Positions 36,391-46,392 of a stretch of DNA of 64,000 bases are shown piece after piece. The notes beneath the pieces were generated by a model. That model had not been told where the DNA came from, did not search any database, and saw only the letters and a program-made list of their open reading frames with translations. This DNA comes from a virus. Position 1 is the first letter of the stretch; every line of letters starts with the position of its first letter. The translations under genes and the position numbers were made by a program. The stretch lies in IMG/VR virus record IMGVR_UViG_3300045988_073112; one strand, written 5' to 3'.

Positions 36391-36713
36391 TGACTCGTCA
36401 AACAAGAGGGAAAAGAAGACACAACTAGAAGAGAGAATTTTCTAAACAACTTATTTGCGATATTCGCTCTTTATTGTGGATTGTAACTATCTCTGGTATT
36501 GCTCTTGCTTTCTATTGCGTACATCTCGGTTATTTAGGCACTCTTCCATGGATTAGTGCATTAGTAGGATTGCCATGGTCTGCGCATGGTATTGTTTGCT
36601 CTTTTTACTTAAACATGAGTAAATCCGATCACCGCAAGGGTGGGATTACTTATGATTTAGCTATGTGTGAGAAACAATAGCAGCAAGTAGTCGAGGATGA
36701 AGCAACCATTTAA
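36390..36713 (+). CDS. holin-like two-TM membrane protein with a charged C-terminus; two in-frame TAG codons (36426, 36678)
   Basis: ATG overlaps the endolysin TAA (TAATG). Two TM segments (LLWIVTISGIALAFYCVHLGYL; LPWISALVGLPWSAHGIVCSFYL). The C-terminus reads ..CEKQ[TAG]QQVVEDEATI to TAA 36711. Track ORF 36474..36680 is the TTG-start, TAG-stop sub-fragment. Confidence 0.5.
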
Positions 36714-36720
36714 TATTAAA

Positions 36721-36760
36721 GGCTTAGTAGACTTAATAGTCTACTAAGCCTTTTCTTATT
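36721..36760 (+). terminator. rho-independent terminator
   Basis: GGCTTAGTAGACTTAATAGTCTACTAAGCC hairpin plus TTTTCTTATTTT. Confidence 0.7.
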
Positions 36761-36853
36761 TTAAGCTTGATTTTTCATAAAATATATGGTATTATATATT
36801 CAGAAATAAAAAAGGAGAACTTAAAAATAAATGAAGTATTTGAGGTATAGCGA

Positions 36854-37357
36854 ATGATAGTGATATATACAGACGGCTCAACCTTAAAAAATGGCGCGAA
36901 AGATGCAAAAGGTGGTTTTGGAGTTGTAGTTTGTGAAGCTGAACCACACCAAGACCCGTCAACCTATAAAGTTGTCGCGGCGTATTCTGAACGCGCAGAT
37001 GGCACCACAAACAATAGAATGGAAATGTCCGCAATCTTGTGGGCATTAACCCATTATGGCGCGAAAGACGGTGACTTCTTCATTCCTATTGTTTATAGTG
37101 ATTCTATGTATTGCGTAAATAGCTTCACTAATTGGATTAAGAATTGGAAGGCAAATGGCTGGGTTCGTGCCGGTAATAAACCCTTAGAGAATAAGGACTT
37201 AATTCTCGAATATGATAGATTAACCACTAAAGAAGGATTACAGGTTGATTTAAGATATGTAAAAGGGCATAATGGAACGCTGTTTAATGAGCTTGCTGAT
37301 CAGTTAGCAACAGGCAAGATTACAGAACAGCAAGTATTAGATATGTATGGAGGTTAA
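36854..37357 (+). CDS. rnhA: ribonuclease H (RNase HI)
   Basis: MIVIYTDGSTLKNG...GGFGVVV..NRMEMSA RNase H fold motifs. Preceded by an 8-codon upstream ORF (36831-36857) with a strong RBS that overlaps the start. Confidence 0.8.
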   Translation: MIVIYTDGSTLKNGAKDAKGGFGVVVCEAEPHQDPSTYKVVAAYSERADGTTNNRMEMSAILWALTHYGAKDGDFFIPIVYSDSMYCVNSFTNWIKNWKANGWVRAGNKPLENKDLILEYDRLTTKEGLQVDLRYVKGHNGTLFNELADQLATGKITEQQVLDMYGG

Positions 37358-37359
37358 AT

Positions 37360-39258
37360 ATGGGAAAACTATATGACGAGAAATCAATCGAGTCACTTTC
37401 TCCATTAGAGTTTACAAGACTGCGGCCTGGCGTTTACGTCGGTAGCACTGAGTATTCTACTCAGCTATTGATTGAGATTGTATCTAACGCGGTCGATGAA
37501 TTTAAAGCAGGTCATGGTAATAAGATTATTGTTACCATTAAGAATGATAATACGATTATCGTAGAAGATAACGGTCAGGGATTTATTCCTAATGCTAAGC
37601 GCGACGATGGTAAGACTGTACTTGAAGCATCCTTTAGTGTGCTGAATACTTCTGGTAAGTATTCTGACGATGGCGTTTATGAGGGTACTGCTCTCGGTCT
37701 GAATGGTATCGGTAGTAAGCTGACGACTTATCTATCTCATTGGCTTGAGGTAATTACTCATCGAAATGGTAGATATGAGCATATCTGGTTCAAGGAGGGT
37801 GTCTTTGACAAGCGAGACGTCGGTGTATGGGCTAATAAGGATCATCCTTCTGGTACTTTAGTCCAGTGGCAACCTAATGAAGAGTTCTTCACGCATCCAG
37901 AAGTAGATATGCCAGTTATTATCAATCTTTTCAAGGTAATTGCGTGCCTGTGTCCCGGTTTGACTATCGAGTTGAATAGAGAGGGACAACCGCAGGTTAT
38001 CTTCGCTTCTAAGAATGGTCTTATGGACTTAGTAGATGAAGCAGTTAAAGGTAAGGAAATCTTGAAGAACCGCTTAAACTTCAATTTTTCTGATGGCAAG
38101 AACAAGTTGGATTTAGTTCTGACCTATACAAATGCTTATTCTGCGACCATTGTTCCTTATGTAAATACCGGTCTTACAGATTCAGGTCCGCATATTACGC
38201 AAATTAAGACCATCCTCACAAGAGAAATGAATAAGTTCTTCCGTGAAAAAGGGTGGCTAAAAGATAAGGATGAAAACCTTACTGGTGAGGACTGCCAGGA
38301 AGGTATGTATATTGCCTTCAATGTGACCGCTCCAGGCGTCGCGTATGATGCTCAGACCAAGAGTAGAGTTGTTAAGTTGGATATGAAACCTTTTACCGCG
38401 GCGATCGCTGAGGAACTCCAGTATTGGTTTGCCGCAAACGAGAAAGATATTAAGGGAATCGCAGATAAGGCGCTTAATGCTCGTAAAGCTAGAGAAGCTG
38501 CTCGTAAGGCAAGAGACGCGGCTCGTGGAGTAAAAGCGAAAAAGGAAACTGGTCTTAAGGCGAAAATGCAAATCAGTAACAAGTTTATTGATTGCACGAA
38601 TAAGAATCCTAAAAATCGTAACCTTCTTCTTGTAGAGGGCTTGTCAGCAGGTGCATCTGCGGTGGAGGCCCGCAATCCTAAGACTGACTGCATCTATATG
38701 TTGCGAGGAAAGATTGTCTCTCCGCTGAAAACTGCGGTAGACAAGATTCTTGCGAATCAAGAGATGTCAGATATTGTGCGTGTAATTGGCGCTGGATTTG
38801 ATTCTTCTTTTGATGTCAACAAGATGAATTTTGACAAGATTGTCATTACTTCCGATGCAGATAGTGATGGCGCAGACATTGAGCTTCTGCTTATCACTTT
38901 CTTCTATACCTATATGCGGCCTCTCGTGGAAGCGGGTAAGCTATACAGGGCTGTAACTCCATTGTATATTATTCGTCAAAAGGGAAAAGAGTATTACTGT
39001 TATTCCGAAGATGAATTAACAGAGTGGAAGAATAGTCATAGCGGTTCGTATGATTTACTGCGTGCTAAGGGTCTTGGCGAGTTGAATCCTGAAGATTTGC
39101 AGAAGGTCTGCTTTATGAATGAGAGATATAAGCGTATTTCTATCTCTGACGCAGAGAAAACCACAGAATTGCTTAATATTCTGATGGGTAGCGCAGTTGA
39201 ACCTCGCAAGCAGTATATCTACGATAATGCTAACGAACTCGGTTTCAATTTTGAGTAA
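37360..39258 (+). CDS. type II DNA topoisomerase, ATPase/TOPRIM subunit (GyrB / T4 gp39-like)
   Basis: GHKL ATPase motifs (EIVSNAVDE, GLNGIGSK), TOPRIM EGLSAGASA and PLRGKIVSP; 632 aa. Confidence 0.85.
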   Translation: MGKLYDEKSIESLSPLEFTRLRPGVYVGSTEYSTQLLIEIVSNAVDEFKAGHGNKIIVTIKNDNTIIVEDNGQGFIPNAKRDDGKTVLEASFSVLNTSGKYSDDGVYEGTALGLNGIGSKLTTYLSHWLEVITHRNGRYEHIWFKEGVFDKRDVGVWANKDHPSGTLVQWQPNEEFFTHPEVDMPVIINLFKVIACLCPGLTIELNREGQPQVIFASKNGLMDLVDEAVKGKEILKNRLNFNFSDGKNKLDLVLTYTNAYSATIVPYVNTGLTDSGPHITQIKTILTREMNKFFREKGWLKDKDENLTGEDCQEGMYIAFNVTAPGVAYDAQTKSRVVKLDMKPFTAAIAEELQYWFAANEKDIKGIADKALNARKAREAARKARDAARGVKAKKETGLKAKMQISNKFIDCTNKNPKNRNLLLVEGLSAGASAVEARNPKTDCIYMLRGKIVSPLKTAVDKILANQEMSDIVRVIGAGFDSSFDVNKMNFDKIVITSDADSDGADIELLLITFFYTYMRPLVEAGKLYRAVTPLYIIRQKGKEYYCYSEDELTEWKNSHSGSYDLLRAKGLGELNPEDLQKVCFMNERYKRISISDAEKTTELLNILMGSAVEPRKQYIYDNANELGFNFE

Positions 39259-39272
39259 TAAGGAGTGATTTT

Positions 39273-41636
39273 ATGAGTTTGATTACAGAAGTTGATATTC
39301 TTGATGAAGCTAAAGATAACTTTCTAACTTATGCAGAAGAAGTTCTAACCGATCGTGCGATTCCTGCCGCGGAAGATGGTCTCCTTAGTGCTCAGCGAAA
39401 GATTCTTTGGACTATGGAAAGTTATCTAAAGATGGATAACAAGAGCAAGACTAAAAAGTGTAATGCCATTATTGGTTCTACTCTGGCAACCTCTTACTTC
39501 CATGGTGATATTGCCTGCTATGGTGTTCTGCGGAAGATGGCGCAAGAGTTCCTTATGCGCTATCCTCTTGTAACTGGACAAGGACAGTTGGGCACGCAGG
39601 AAAATAATGATATGTTCTCATCTTCCCGTTATACTGAAGCTAAACCTTCTAAGTTTACCGATTTGATGATGAATGACTTTAGTAAGAATGTCGTTCCTAC
39701 TAAAGAGACTTATAATGGTGAGTTCCAAGAGCCTATCATTCTTCCCTCACTATTCCCTAACGCAATCTGTAACGGTCGTCAGGCAATCGGCATCTCTATG
39801 GCGCATAACTCTGCTCCACATAATCTAACAGAGGTATGTAATGCTGCTATTGCTTTGATTGAGAAGGGTGACCTAACTATTGATGAAGTCTTGTCTTATA
39901 TCCCTGGTCCAGACTTTCCTCTCGGTGGTACAGTTCTTAATATTAAAGATGTGCGGGCGGCTTTTGCGTCCGGTAAGTCTAACATCTCTCTAAAAATCCA
40001 GGGGGATTATGAGATTGATGGACAAGACATTATTTTTACCAGTATTCCTTATCGCACCTACCGCAATAAGATTAAGGAACAAATTGAGAAGAACATTGAT
40101 GTTCTGAGTGAACTGATTGATGACTTCGACGATGAATCTAATATCGGCCAAAACAAGCTGGTATTCCATGTAAAGGATGGAGTATCTGTGTCTAAAGCAT
40201 TGAATAAATTATTCTTGCTGACAGATTTACAGTCTACTTTATCCTATAATATGAATTATATCGTTAATGGTACTCCTAAGCTATGCTCTATGGTTGACTT
40301 ACTCCATGCTTATGTCAACCATCAAGAAGATGTTCTTGTCAATGCCACAACTTTTGATAAAGAGAAAGCCGAAGCAAGAGCACATATCCTTGAAGGTCTG
40401 ATCGCCGCGGTTGATAAGATTGATGAAGTAATTGCATTGATTAAGCAGTCTGCGGGACGTGCTGATGCGAGAATCAAGCTAATGGACTTCCTCTCTGTTG
40501 ACGAAGTGCAAGCAAACGCAATCCTCGATATGAAGCTCGGCAAATTAACTCGTATTGATAAAGAAGAATTAGTCAATGAGTTAAAAGAAAAGAAAGAGTT
40601 TATTGCTAAGTGTATTGAAATCTTAACTAATAAGGAAGTAAGAAATAAAGTCTTAATCTCTAAGATTACTCAGTTAAGAGACACTTATGGCGATGCTCGT
40701 AGAACTAAGCTACTTAATACAGACATTCCTAAGCAAGAGAAAGAAGTAGTCGTTGTTGAGCCGAAAGATTGCGTAGTTGTAGTGACTAAAAAGAACACTA
40801 TTAAGCGTATTGATGCTAAGAATTTCAAGGCTCAAAAGCGTAATACTACTGGTGTTAAAACCGGTGATATTGTTCTCTTCTCGCAAAAAACTAATACACA
40901 AGATACCTTGATGGTATTCTCCTCTAAGGGCAAGATGTATCGTGTATTAGTGGATAATATTCCAGAAGGGACAAATGCGTCTAACGGAACGCCTATCTCC
41001 ACTCTAATTGAGTTTGAGAATGGCGAGAAACCTATGGCATTTACAACAATGACCAGAGATACTGACAAGAAGTTTATCTTCTTTGCCACAAAGAATGGTA
41101 CTATCAAGAAGGTTCCCCTTGATGAATATGATAAGATGAAGCGTACGGGTATTATCGCTATCAGTTTTAAAGATGGTGATGAACTTGCAGATGCTACATT
41201 TATCAATCAAGAGCAGATGTTATTGGTAACAAAGAATGGCATGGCTATTCGATTTGGAACCGCGGAAATGCCTATCTCTTCGCGCACAGCGCAAGGTGTT
41301 AAGGGCATGAAACTAAATGATGGCGACAGCGTAATCGCGGCATTGCCGATCGTAGATCCCGCAGATTATCTCGCTATTGTTTCCAAAAATGGCTTAGGTA
41401 AGAAAATGCAGATTGATGAACTTACTTTGCAGAATCGTGGAGGCAAGGGATTACTCTGCTATAAGGGAGAAATCGCCGGAGCGGAGATTATCAAAGAAAG
41501 TGATAATCTCCTTATCAATGGCGACAAGTCTTCTATTGTTATTAGCGGTAAAGATATTCCCACTCTTGGGCGAGTTTCCATGGGCAATATCATGCTGAAG
41601 AACAACGAACAAGTGATTTCTATTACGCAAGTATAA
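39273..41636 (+). CDS. type II DNA topoisomerase, DNA breakage-reunion subunit (GyrA/ParC / T4 gp52-like)
   Basis: DRAIPAAEDGLLSAQRKILW, active-site region and C-terminal beta-pinwheel repeats; 787 aa. Confidence 0.85.
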   Translation: MSLITEVDILDEAKDNFLTYAEEVLTDRAIPAAEDGLLSAQRKILWTMESYLKMDNKSKTKKCNAIIGSTLATSYFHGDIACYGVLRKMAQEFLMRYPLVTGQGQLGTQENNDMFSSSRYTEAKPSKFTDLMMNDFSKNVVPTKETYNGEFQEPIILPSLFPNAICNGRQAIGISMAHNSAPHNLTEVCNAAIALIEKGDLTIDEVLSYIPGPDFPLGGTVLNIKDVRAAFASGKSNISLKIQGDYEIDGQDIIFTSIPYRTYRNKIKEQIEKNIDVLSELIDDFDDESNIGQNKLVFHVKDGVSVSKALNKLFLLTDLQSTLSYNMNYIVNGTPKLCSMVDLLHAYVNHQEDVLVNATTFDKEKAEARAHILEGLIAAVDKIDEVIALIKQSAGRADARIKLMDFLSVDEVQANAILDMKLGKLTRIDKEELVNELKEKKEFIAKCIEILTNKEVRNKVLISKITQLRDTYGDARRTKLLNTDIPKQEKEVVVVEPKDCVVVVTKKNTIKRIDAKNFKAQKRNTTGVKTGDIVLFSQKTNTQDTLMVFSSKGKMYRVLVDNIPEGTNASNGTPISTLIEFENGEKPMAFTTMTRDTDKKFIFFATKNGTIKKVPLDEYDKMKRTGIIAISFKDGDELADATFINQEQMLLVTKNGMAIRFGTAEMPISSRTAQGVKGMKLNDGDSVIAALPIVDPADYLAIVSKNGLGKKMQIDELTLQNRGGKGLLCYKGEIAGAEIIKESDNLLINGDKSSIVISGKDIPTLGRVSMGNIMLKNNEQVISITQV

Positions 41637-41667
41637 GAGAAAGAATGGGTATACCCATTCTTTCTCT
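41637..41667 (+). terminator. rho-independent terminator
   Basis: GAGAAAGAATGGGTATACCCATTCTTTCTC hairpin. Confidence 0.6.
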
Positions 41668-41670
41668 TAG

Positions 41671-41731
41671 TTGACTTTTCTTTTTAATTATTATAATATA
41701 TTTATATAAGAAGAAAGGATTTAATTATTAT
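41671..41731 (+). promoter_or_regulatory. sigma-70-type promoter (TTGACT -35, TATAAT -10) plus AT-rich leader
   Basis: TTGACTTTTCTTTTTAATTATTATAATAT, followed by RBS GAAAGGA. Confidence 0.55.
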
Positions 41732-41965
41732 ATGAGTGCATTTTTAGTTGGACTAATTACTGTAGTAGCATTTGTATTGCGTGAGATAGTAAGAATTGGA
41801 TGTATAGCTTTAAGTATAAGTATTGTTATGCAACTTATAAACCTTCCCGACGAGGAAAAATCCGCCCAATGGTCTAGGATATTTTGGATAGAATTTACCA
41901 TAAGTTCTATTTGTACTCTTGGCATTTTTGCTTGTGCCGGTTTAATGTCACTGCTCGCGGGATAA
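41732..41965 (+). CDS. small membrane protein (77 aa)
   Basis: Two TM helices; RBS GAAAGGA. Confidence 0.5.
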   Translation: MSAFLVGLITVVAFVLREIVRIGCIALSISIVMQLINLPDEEKSAQWSRIFWIEFTISSICTLGIFACAGLMSLLAG

Positions 41966-41979
41966 GGAGTTTGCAATAA

Positions 41980-43191
41980 ATGAGTTTTGATAAAAGTAAG
42001 ATACATGAGTTGTATCCTGAAGCAGAAAACTTAATGATTGAGCCAATGCTTATTTGGAAGTTGCCTGCGGGAAAGGAATCTATGCTCTCTGAAGTATGTT
42101 CTAATGGGGAATATTTCCTTGAGGAGAAAATTGATGGAGCATTTTATCAGTTTGTAAAAACTGAAAACCATTCTTATCTTTTTGGTCGCACAGTAAGTAA
42201 ACTATCTGGTATCCTTACAGAAAAAAGTGACAATGTACCTCACTTAAAAGAGGCATTGAACTGTCTTCCCGCAGGAACAATTCTCATTGGAGAAATTTAT
42301 GTTCCCGGTGGTACATCGAAAGATACTGTAAGTATTATGGGATGTTTACCTGCTCTTGCTATCAAGAGACAAGAGAAGGAACCAATCCATTATTATGTGC
42401 ATGATATTATTGCATATGATACAGTCAATCTTATTGACTCACCTGCGGATTTGCGCTATAAAATTCTTGCGGCAATCTGGAAGAAACATGATCTCAACCA
42501 GTATAGTTTCTTAAGACTTGCCACTCGCGTCGATGAAGATATGGAGGCTGAAATCTCTCGTATCTTAAAATCTGGCGGCGAAGGCGCGGTCTTAAAGAAG
42601 AAAGATTATCCATATACTCCCGGTAAAAGACCTGCATGGTCTACAATCAAAGTTAAACAGATGGATTCTATTGATTTAATTTGCACTGGATTTTGTGATG
42701 CTACAAAGGAGTATACCGGTAAAGAGTTGGCCTCTTGGGAATATTGGGAAGAGACAGAACCCTCATTCTATGATTGCTTTGAGGAAGATCATTGCTTTGG
42801 CGGATGGTGTAATCCTCGCTTGGTTGAGGGTAATCTATATGCGAAGTATCTCAATAATCCTCCAGTTAATGGTTTTAGCTGGTTGGATGAAACGGATAGA
42901 TTTTATACTCCTGTAACTAAACCTTATTTTCTTGGCTGGAAAACCGCAATTAGGATTGGTGCGTACAATGATAAGGGTGAACTTGTTGACTTAGGTACAG
43001 TTAGCTCTGGATTAACTGATGATAACAAAAGAGAAATGACTGAGAATCCCGATTTGTGGCTTGGTCATGTTGTAGCTCTTGATTGTATGCAAATTGATAA
43101 GAAAGAGCATACTTTGCGACATCCTGTCTTCAAGTGTAAAAGAGACGACAAGGATGCAAAAGATTGCGTAATATCAGAAATTTTTTGTTGA
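41980..43191 (+). CDS. ATP-dependent DNA ligase
   Basis: Adenylation motif I EEKIDGAFYQF (KxDG); OB-fold C-terminal half; RBS AAGGAG. Confidence 0.8.
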   Translation: MSFDKSKIHELYPEAENLMIEPMLIWKLPAGKESMLSEVCSNGEYFLEEKIDGAFYQFVKTENHSYLFGRTVSKLSGILTEKSDNVPHLKEALNCLPAGTILIGEIYVPGGTSKDTVSIMGCLPALAIKRQEKEPIHYYVHDIIAYDTVNLIDSPADLRYKILAAIWKKHDLNQYSFLRLATRVDEDMEAEISRILKSGGEGAVLKKKDYPYTPGKRPAWSTIKVKQMDSIDLICTGFCDATKEYTGKELASWEYWEETEPSFYDCFEEDHCFGGWCNPRLVEGNLYAKYLNNPPVNGFSWLDETDRFYTPVTKPYFLGWKTAIRIGAYNDKGELVDLGTVSSGLTDDNKREMTENPDLWLGHVVALDCMQIDKKEHTLRHPVFKCKRDDKDAKDCVISEIFC

Positions 43192-43216
43192 CTTAAAAAA
43201 TATTTTCTGATATAAT
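43188..43216 (+). promoter_or_regulatory. near-consensus sigma-70 promoter (TTGACT, 17-bp spacer, TG-n-TATAAT)
   Basis: TTGACTTAAAAAATATTTTCTGATATAAT. Confidence 0.6.
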
Positions 43217-43258
43217 ATATATGTAATTCAGAAAAGCAATAGTAAAAGGACAGATTGT

Positions 43259-43459
43259 ATGACCCGTAAACAGATGAAGCGGTTCGCAGATGAAATCTAT
43301 AAATGCGAACTTATTCACCAAGATGAAAATTCCTCAAAAGAGGAAAAAGCCCACGCAGAAGACCGAATTATGCAGTTAACTAACTAGATTATGGCTCTTC
43401 CCGATGGGATAAATGCTTTACTGGAAATTGATGCTTTAATTGCATCGAGAATTAAATAA
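43259..43459 (+). CDS. small hypothetical protein: 66 aa if TAG 43385 is read through, 42 aa if it terminates
   Basis: RBS AAAAGGA 8 nt before the ATG. The frame continues past the TAG as IMALPDGINALLEIDALIASRIK to TAA 43457. Confidence 0.35.
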
Positions 43460-43483
43460 TACATTTTAGAGGAGATTATTACA

Positions 43484-43747
43484 ATGGCTATGAAGGAAAA
43501 TACTCGTAAGGTTTTTGATTATCTAAAGGACAATACTGACAAGGATCTAACTGCCGCTGATGTGGCTGAAGCTCTTGGTCTTGAGAAGCGCCAGGTTGAT
43601 GGTATTTTTACCTCTGCTCTGCAGCGCAAGGACTATGGTGTGCGTGAGCCCGCTGAGGTTGAGCTTGCCGATGGCTCCCATCAGAAAGTTAAGTATCTTC
43701 GCTTGACTGACAAGGGCTTGGCTTTCGATCCTGACGCCCAGGAGTAA
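43484..43747 (+). CDS. hypothetical protein (87 aa)
   Basis: RBS GAGGAG; TAATAA stop; followed by a terminator. Confidence 0.55.
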   Translation: MAMKENTRKVFDYLKDNTDKDLTAADVAEALGLEKRQVDGIFTSALQRKDYGVREPAEVELADGSHQKVKYLRLTDKGLAFDPDAQE

Positions 43748-43754
43748 TAAATTA

Positions 43755-43794
43755 GATCGGTAAGAGGATTATGCCTCTTACCGATTTCTTTTAC
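43755..43794 (+). terminator. rho-independent terminator
   Basis: ATCGGTAAGAGGATTATGCCTCTTACCGAT hairpin plus TTCTTTT. Confidence 0.65.
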
Positions 43795-43796
43795 TT

Positions 43797-44714
43797 ATGA
43801 TTTATTATATATTATCAGGCTTGGTTATTCTTGCGTTAATAGGATATGTTTTATATCTCCGCAATAATCGGCTTTAGGTAGTATTGATAAATAAAGAAAG
43901 ACAAGAAGAAAATAAGCGTATTGAACAAGATATTGCATTGAAATAGAGAGAATTAGCAAAAGTAAAAGAAGATATTGTATCACATAATGAAATTGTCAAT
44001 TCTTTAAACGATACTGCGAATAAATTGCGGGAAAGCGCTGAATAGCGAGCGAAAGAGAGCGCTAAGGCTCAATTTGAAAAGAAAACTAAAGAGCTTGATG
44101 AAACATATCAAGCTAAAGAAAAATATCATTTAGCAGAACTTCAGTAGATAACTAATCAAATCTCTCATCAGCAAGACAAACTCCACGAATTAGAAGCTAA
44201 ATAGTTGTCTTATATCTAGGCTTAGCAACGCCAAGAAGCGATTGCCGCAGATTAGGACTATTATCGTCTTGCTATTGATGAATTTAGTTTGAATGATATT
44301 ACTCTATTGCGTGATTTGCAAATTCACTTTGTGAAAAAGGAAATCATTGATAAAGTAATATGGGAGACCTATTATCGTCCTGCGTATGATATTCTTATGA
44401 CCCATCTATTTGCCACTAATAAAGGTAAAGTATGCGGTATCTATAAGATTACCGATCTAACAACTGGTTAGGCTTATATTGGTTAGTCTGTTGATATTAA
44501 AGAGCGTTTTAGACAGCACATTAAAACCTCTTTAGCATACGGACCTGCGACTAATAAGTTATATTAGGCGATGCAAAAATCTGGTCAATATAATTTTATA
44601 TTTGAGGTTTTGGAAGAAGTGCCTAGAGATTAGTTAAATGAACGAGAGACTTATTGGATTGAGTTCTATAAGACTAAAGAGCTAGGTATGAATGGAACTC
44701 GTGGAGGTTCATAA
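43797..44714 (+). CDS. GIY-YIG homing-endonuclease-like protein (N-terminal TM helix, coiled coil, C-terminal GIY-YIG domain) containing 14 in-frame TAG codons and no TAA/TGA in 305 codons
   Basis: C-terminal CGIYKITDLTTG[TAG]AYIG[TAG]SVDIKERFR[TAG]HIK...YWIEFYKTKELGMN matches the GIY-x10-YIGQS..R..H..N..E GIY-YIG core, with a TAG at the canonical YIGQS glutamine. Ends at TAA 44712-44714 overlapping the next ATG. No obvious RBS at 43797, so the true start may be internal. Confidence 0.6.
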
Positions 44715-45025
44715 TGTTTAAAGTGATTGCGAGTCGTGGCGCAGGCAAGACAACTAGCTTAATGCGCTATGCAAATGATTTAGCATATAAATATCCTGAT
44801 AAGATGGTGCTCTTTGTTACTCAACATCCTCAACTGATGGTTAAAAAGTTCTTAGAGTTAACAAAAGAGCGTAGTCTACCGCAGAATTTAGGATTTATTA
44901 GCTATGGATATTTTCTAACAAAAGCGAGAGGTATGAAATGTATTGCTGTTATTGATGAACTAGATAGCTGGCTCGATCAATTTAACATTGTAGGATACAC
45001 AAATACTGTGGGAGACGATAACTGA
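44714..45025 (+). CDS. small P-loop NTPase (103 aa)
   Basis: Walker A SRGAGKTT, Walker B-like AVIDELD; RBS GGAGG. Confidence 0.5.
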   Translation: MFKVIASRGAGKTTSLMRYANDLAYKYPDKMVLFVTQHPQLMVKKFLELTKERSLPQNLGFISYGYFLTKARGMKCIAVIDELDSWLDQFNIVGYTNTVGDDN

Positions 45026-45877
45026 ATGAATAAAGCAGATAATTATATGGTTGAAACAATCAACCTTATTCTTGATAATGGATATAAGGATATTAACCCA
45101 AGACCGCATTACGCCGATGGCACTCCCGCGCATACTCTCTCTGTGAATCATAACTTCCGCACTTATGATTTATCCAAAGGAGAATTTCCTATTTGTACCC
45201 TGCGACCAATGGCTTGGAAAACTGGTATTAAGGAAATCTTCACTATTTATCAAAAGCCCACAAATGAAATTGCTAAGATGGAAGAAATGGGAGTTAATTG
45301 GTGGGGTGACTGGGATATTGGCGATGGCACGATTGGTCAACGTTATGGAGCAACAGTAAGTCGATATGATTTAATCAATAATTTGATTAAGGATATTGAA
45401 AATGACCCATATGGTCGCCGCAAGGTGGTTTCTTTATGGCAGGAAGCTGATCTTCGTGAAACTGCGGGATTGGCCCCTTGTGCGTTTCTAACCATCTGGA
45501 ATGTTCGTGGAGAATATCTTGATATGATGCTGGTTCAACGTAGCGGCGATATGCTTACCGCTTCTGGTCCCGGTGGTATCAATGAAATTCAGTATGCAGC
45601 GCTCTTGATGATGATTGCTCGTCATACTGGTTATAAACCTGGAGTATTTAGTCATGTAGTGGCTAATGAACAGATTTATGACCGTCATATGGATGCTGCA
45701 CATGAAATGATTTCAAGATTTTTCAATAGTATGTTCTTTGGCGATGATGCTTGCAAGAATCCTGTATTGCATCTAAATCCTGAGAAAACTAATTTCTATG
45801 ACATGACCATTGATGATTTTACGATAGAGAATTACTCTCCCATGAAACCGCAGTTAAAGTTGGAGTTGGGCATATGA
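45026..45877 (+). CDS. thyA: thymidylate synthase
   Basis: Catalytic Cys in the PCAFLTIWNV context; LVQRSGDM core typical of ThyA; 283 aa. Confidence 0.85.
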   Translation: MNKADNYMVETINLILDNGYKDINPRPHYADGTPAHTLSVNHNFRTYDLSKGEFPICTLRPMAWKTGIKEIFTIYQKPTNEIAKMEEMGVNWWGDWDIGDGTIGQRYGATVSRYDLINNLIKDIENDPYGRRKVVSLWQEADLRETAGLAPCAFLTIWNVRGEYLDMMLVQRSGDMLTASGPGGINEIQYAALLMMIARHTGYKPGVFSHVVANEQIYDRHMDAAHEMISRFFNSMFFGDDACKNPVLHLNPEKTNFYDMTIDDFTIENYSPMKPQLKLELGI

Positions 45878-46392
45878 TTTCTGCTATTGTTGCGGTAGAC
45901 GAGAATTGGGGGATTGGCTATCAAGGTCAACTATTAGAACATATCCCAGCTGATCTAAAACATTTTAAAGAGCTGACCCAATATAATGTTGTAGTAATGG
46001 GGCGTAATACTTGGGAGAGTCTCCCTAAAAAGGATTCTCTACCAAGGCTTCCAGACCGTATCAATATTATTGTTTCTAACTCAATGGTTTCAAATGGGGT
46101 GATTTCTATTCTTGGAAATCTAACTGTTGCAATGCCATTAGAGGGAACTCTTGATTACATTAAGGCTTGTGATATGGATATTTTTGTTATTGGTGGAGGA
46201 CAGATTTACAATGCTCTTCTCCCCTATTGCGATAGAGTTTATGTAACAAAAATCTATGCAAGTCATGATAATATTGATACCTTTTTTCCTAATCTCGATG
46301 AATCAAAAGAATGGAATGCTATTGAGGAAGACTCAATGGCCTCATATAACGACATCAAATATCAATTTTGGCGGTATGATAGGGTCAGTTGA
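45874..46392 (+). CDS. folA: dihydrofolate reductase
   Basis: MISAIVAVDENWGIGYQGQLLEHIPADLKHFKELT..VVMGRNTWESL DHFR signature; overlaps the thyA stop (ATGA). Confidence 0.8.
   Translation: MISAIVAVDENWGIGYQGQLLEHIPADLKHFKELTQYNVVVMGRNTWESLPKKDSLPRLPDRINIIVSNSMVSNGVISILGNLTVAMPLEGTLDYIKACDMDIFVIGGGQIYNALLPYCDRVYVTKIYASHDNIDTFFPNLDESKEWNAIEEDSMASYNDIKYQFWRYDRVS

Noticed and set aside
45026-45877. Group I intron / HEase-interrupted thyA, as in T4 td
   Set aside because: thyA reads as one uninterrupted 283-codon ORF. The GIY-YIG gene is free-standing upstream, not intron-encoded.
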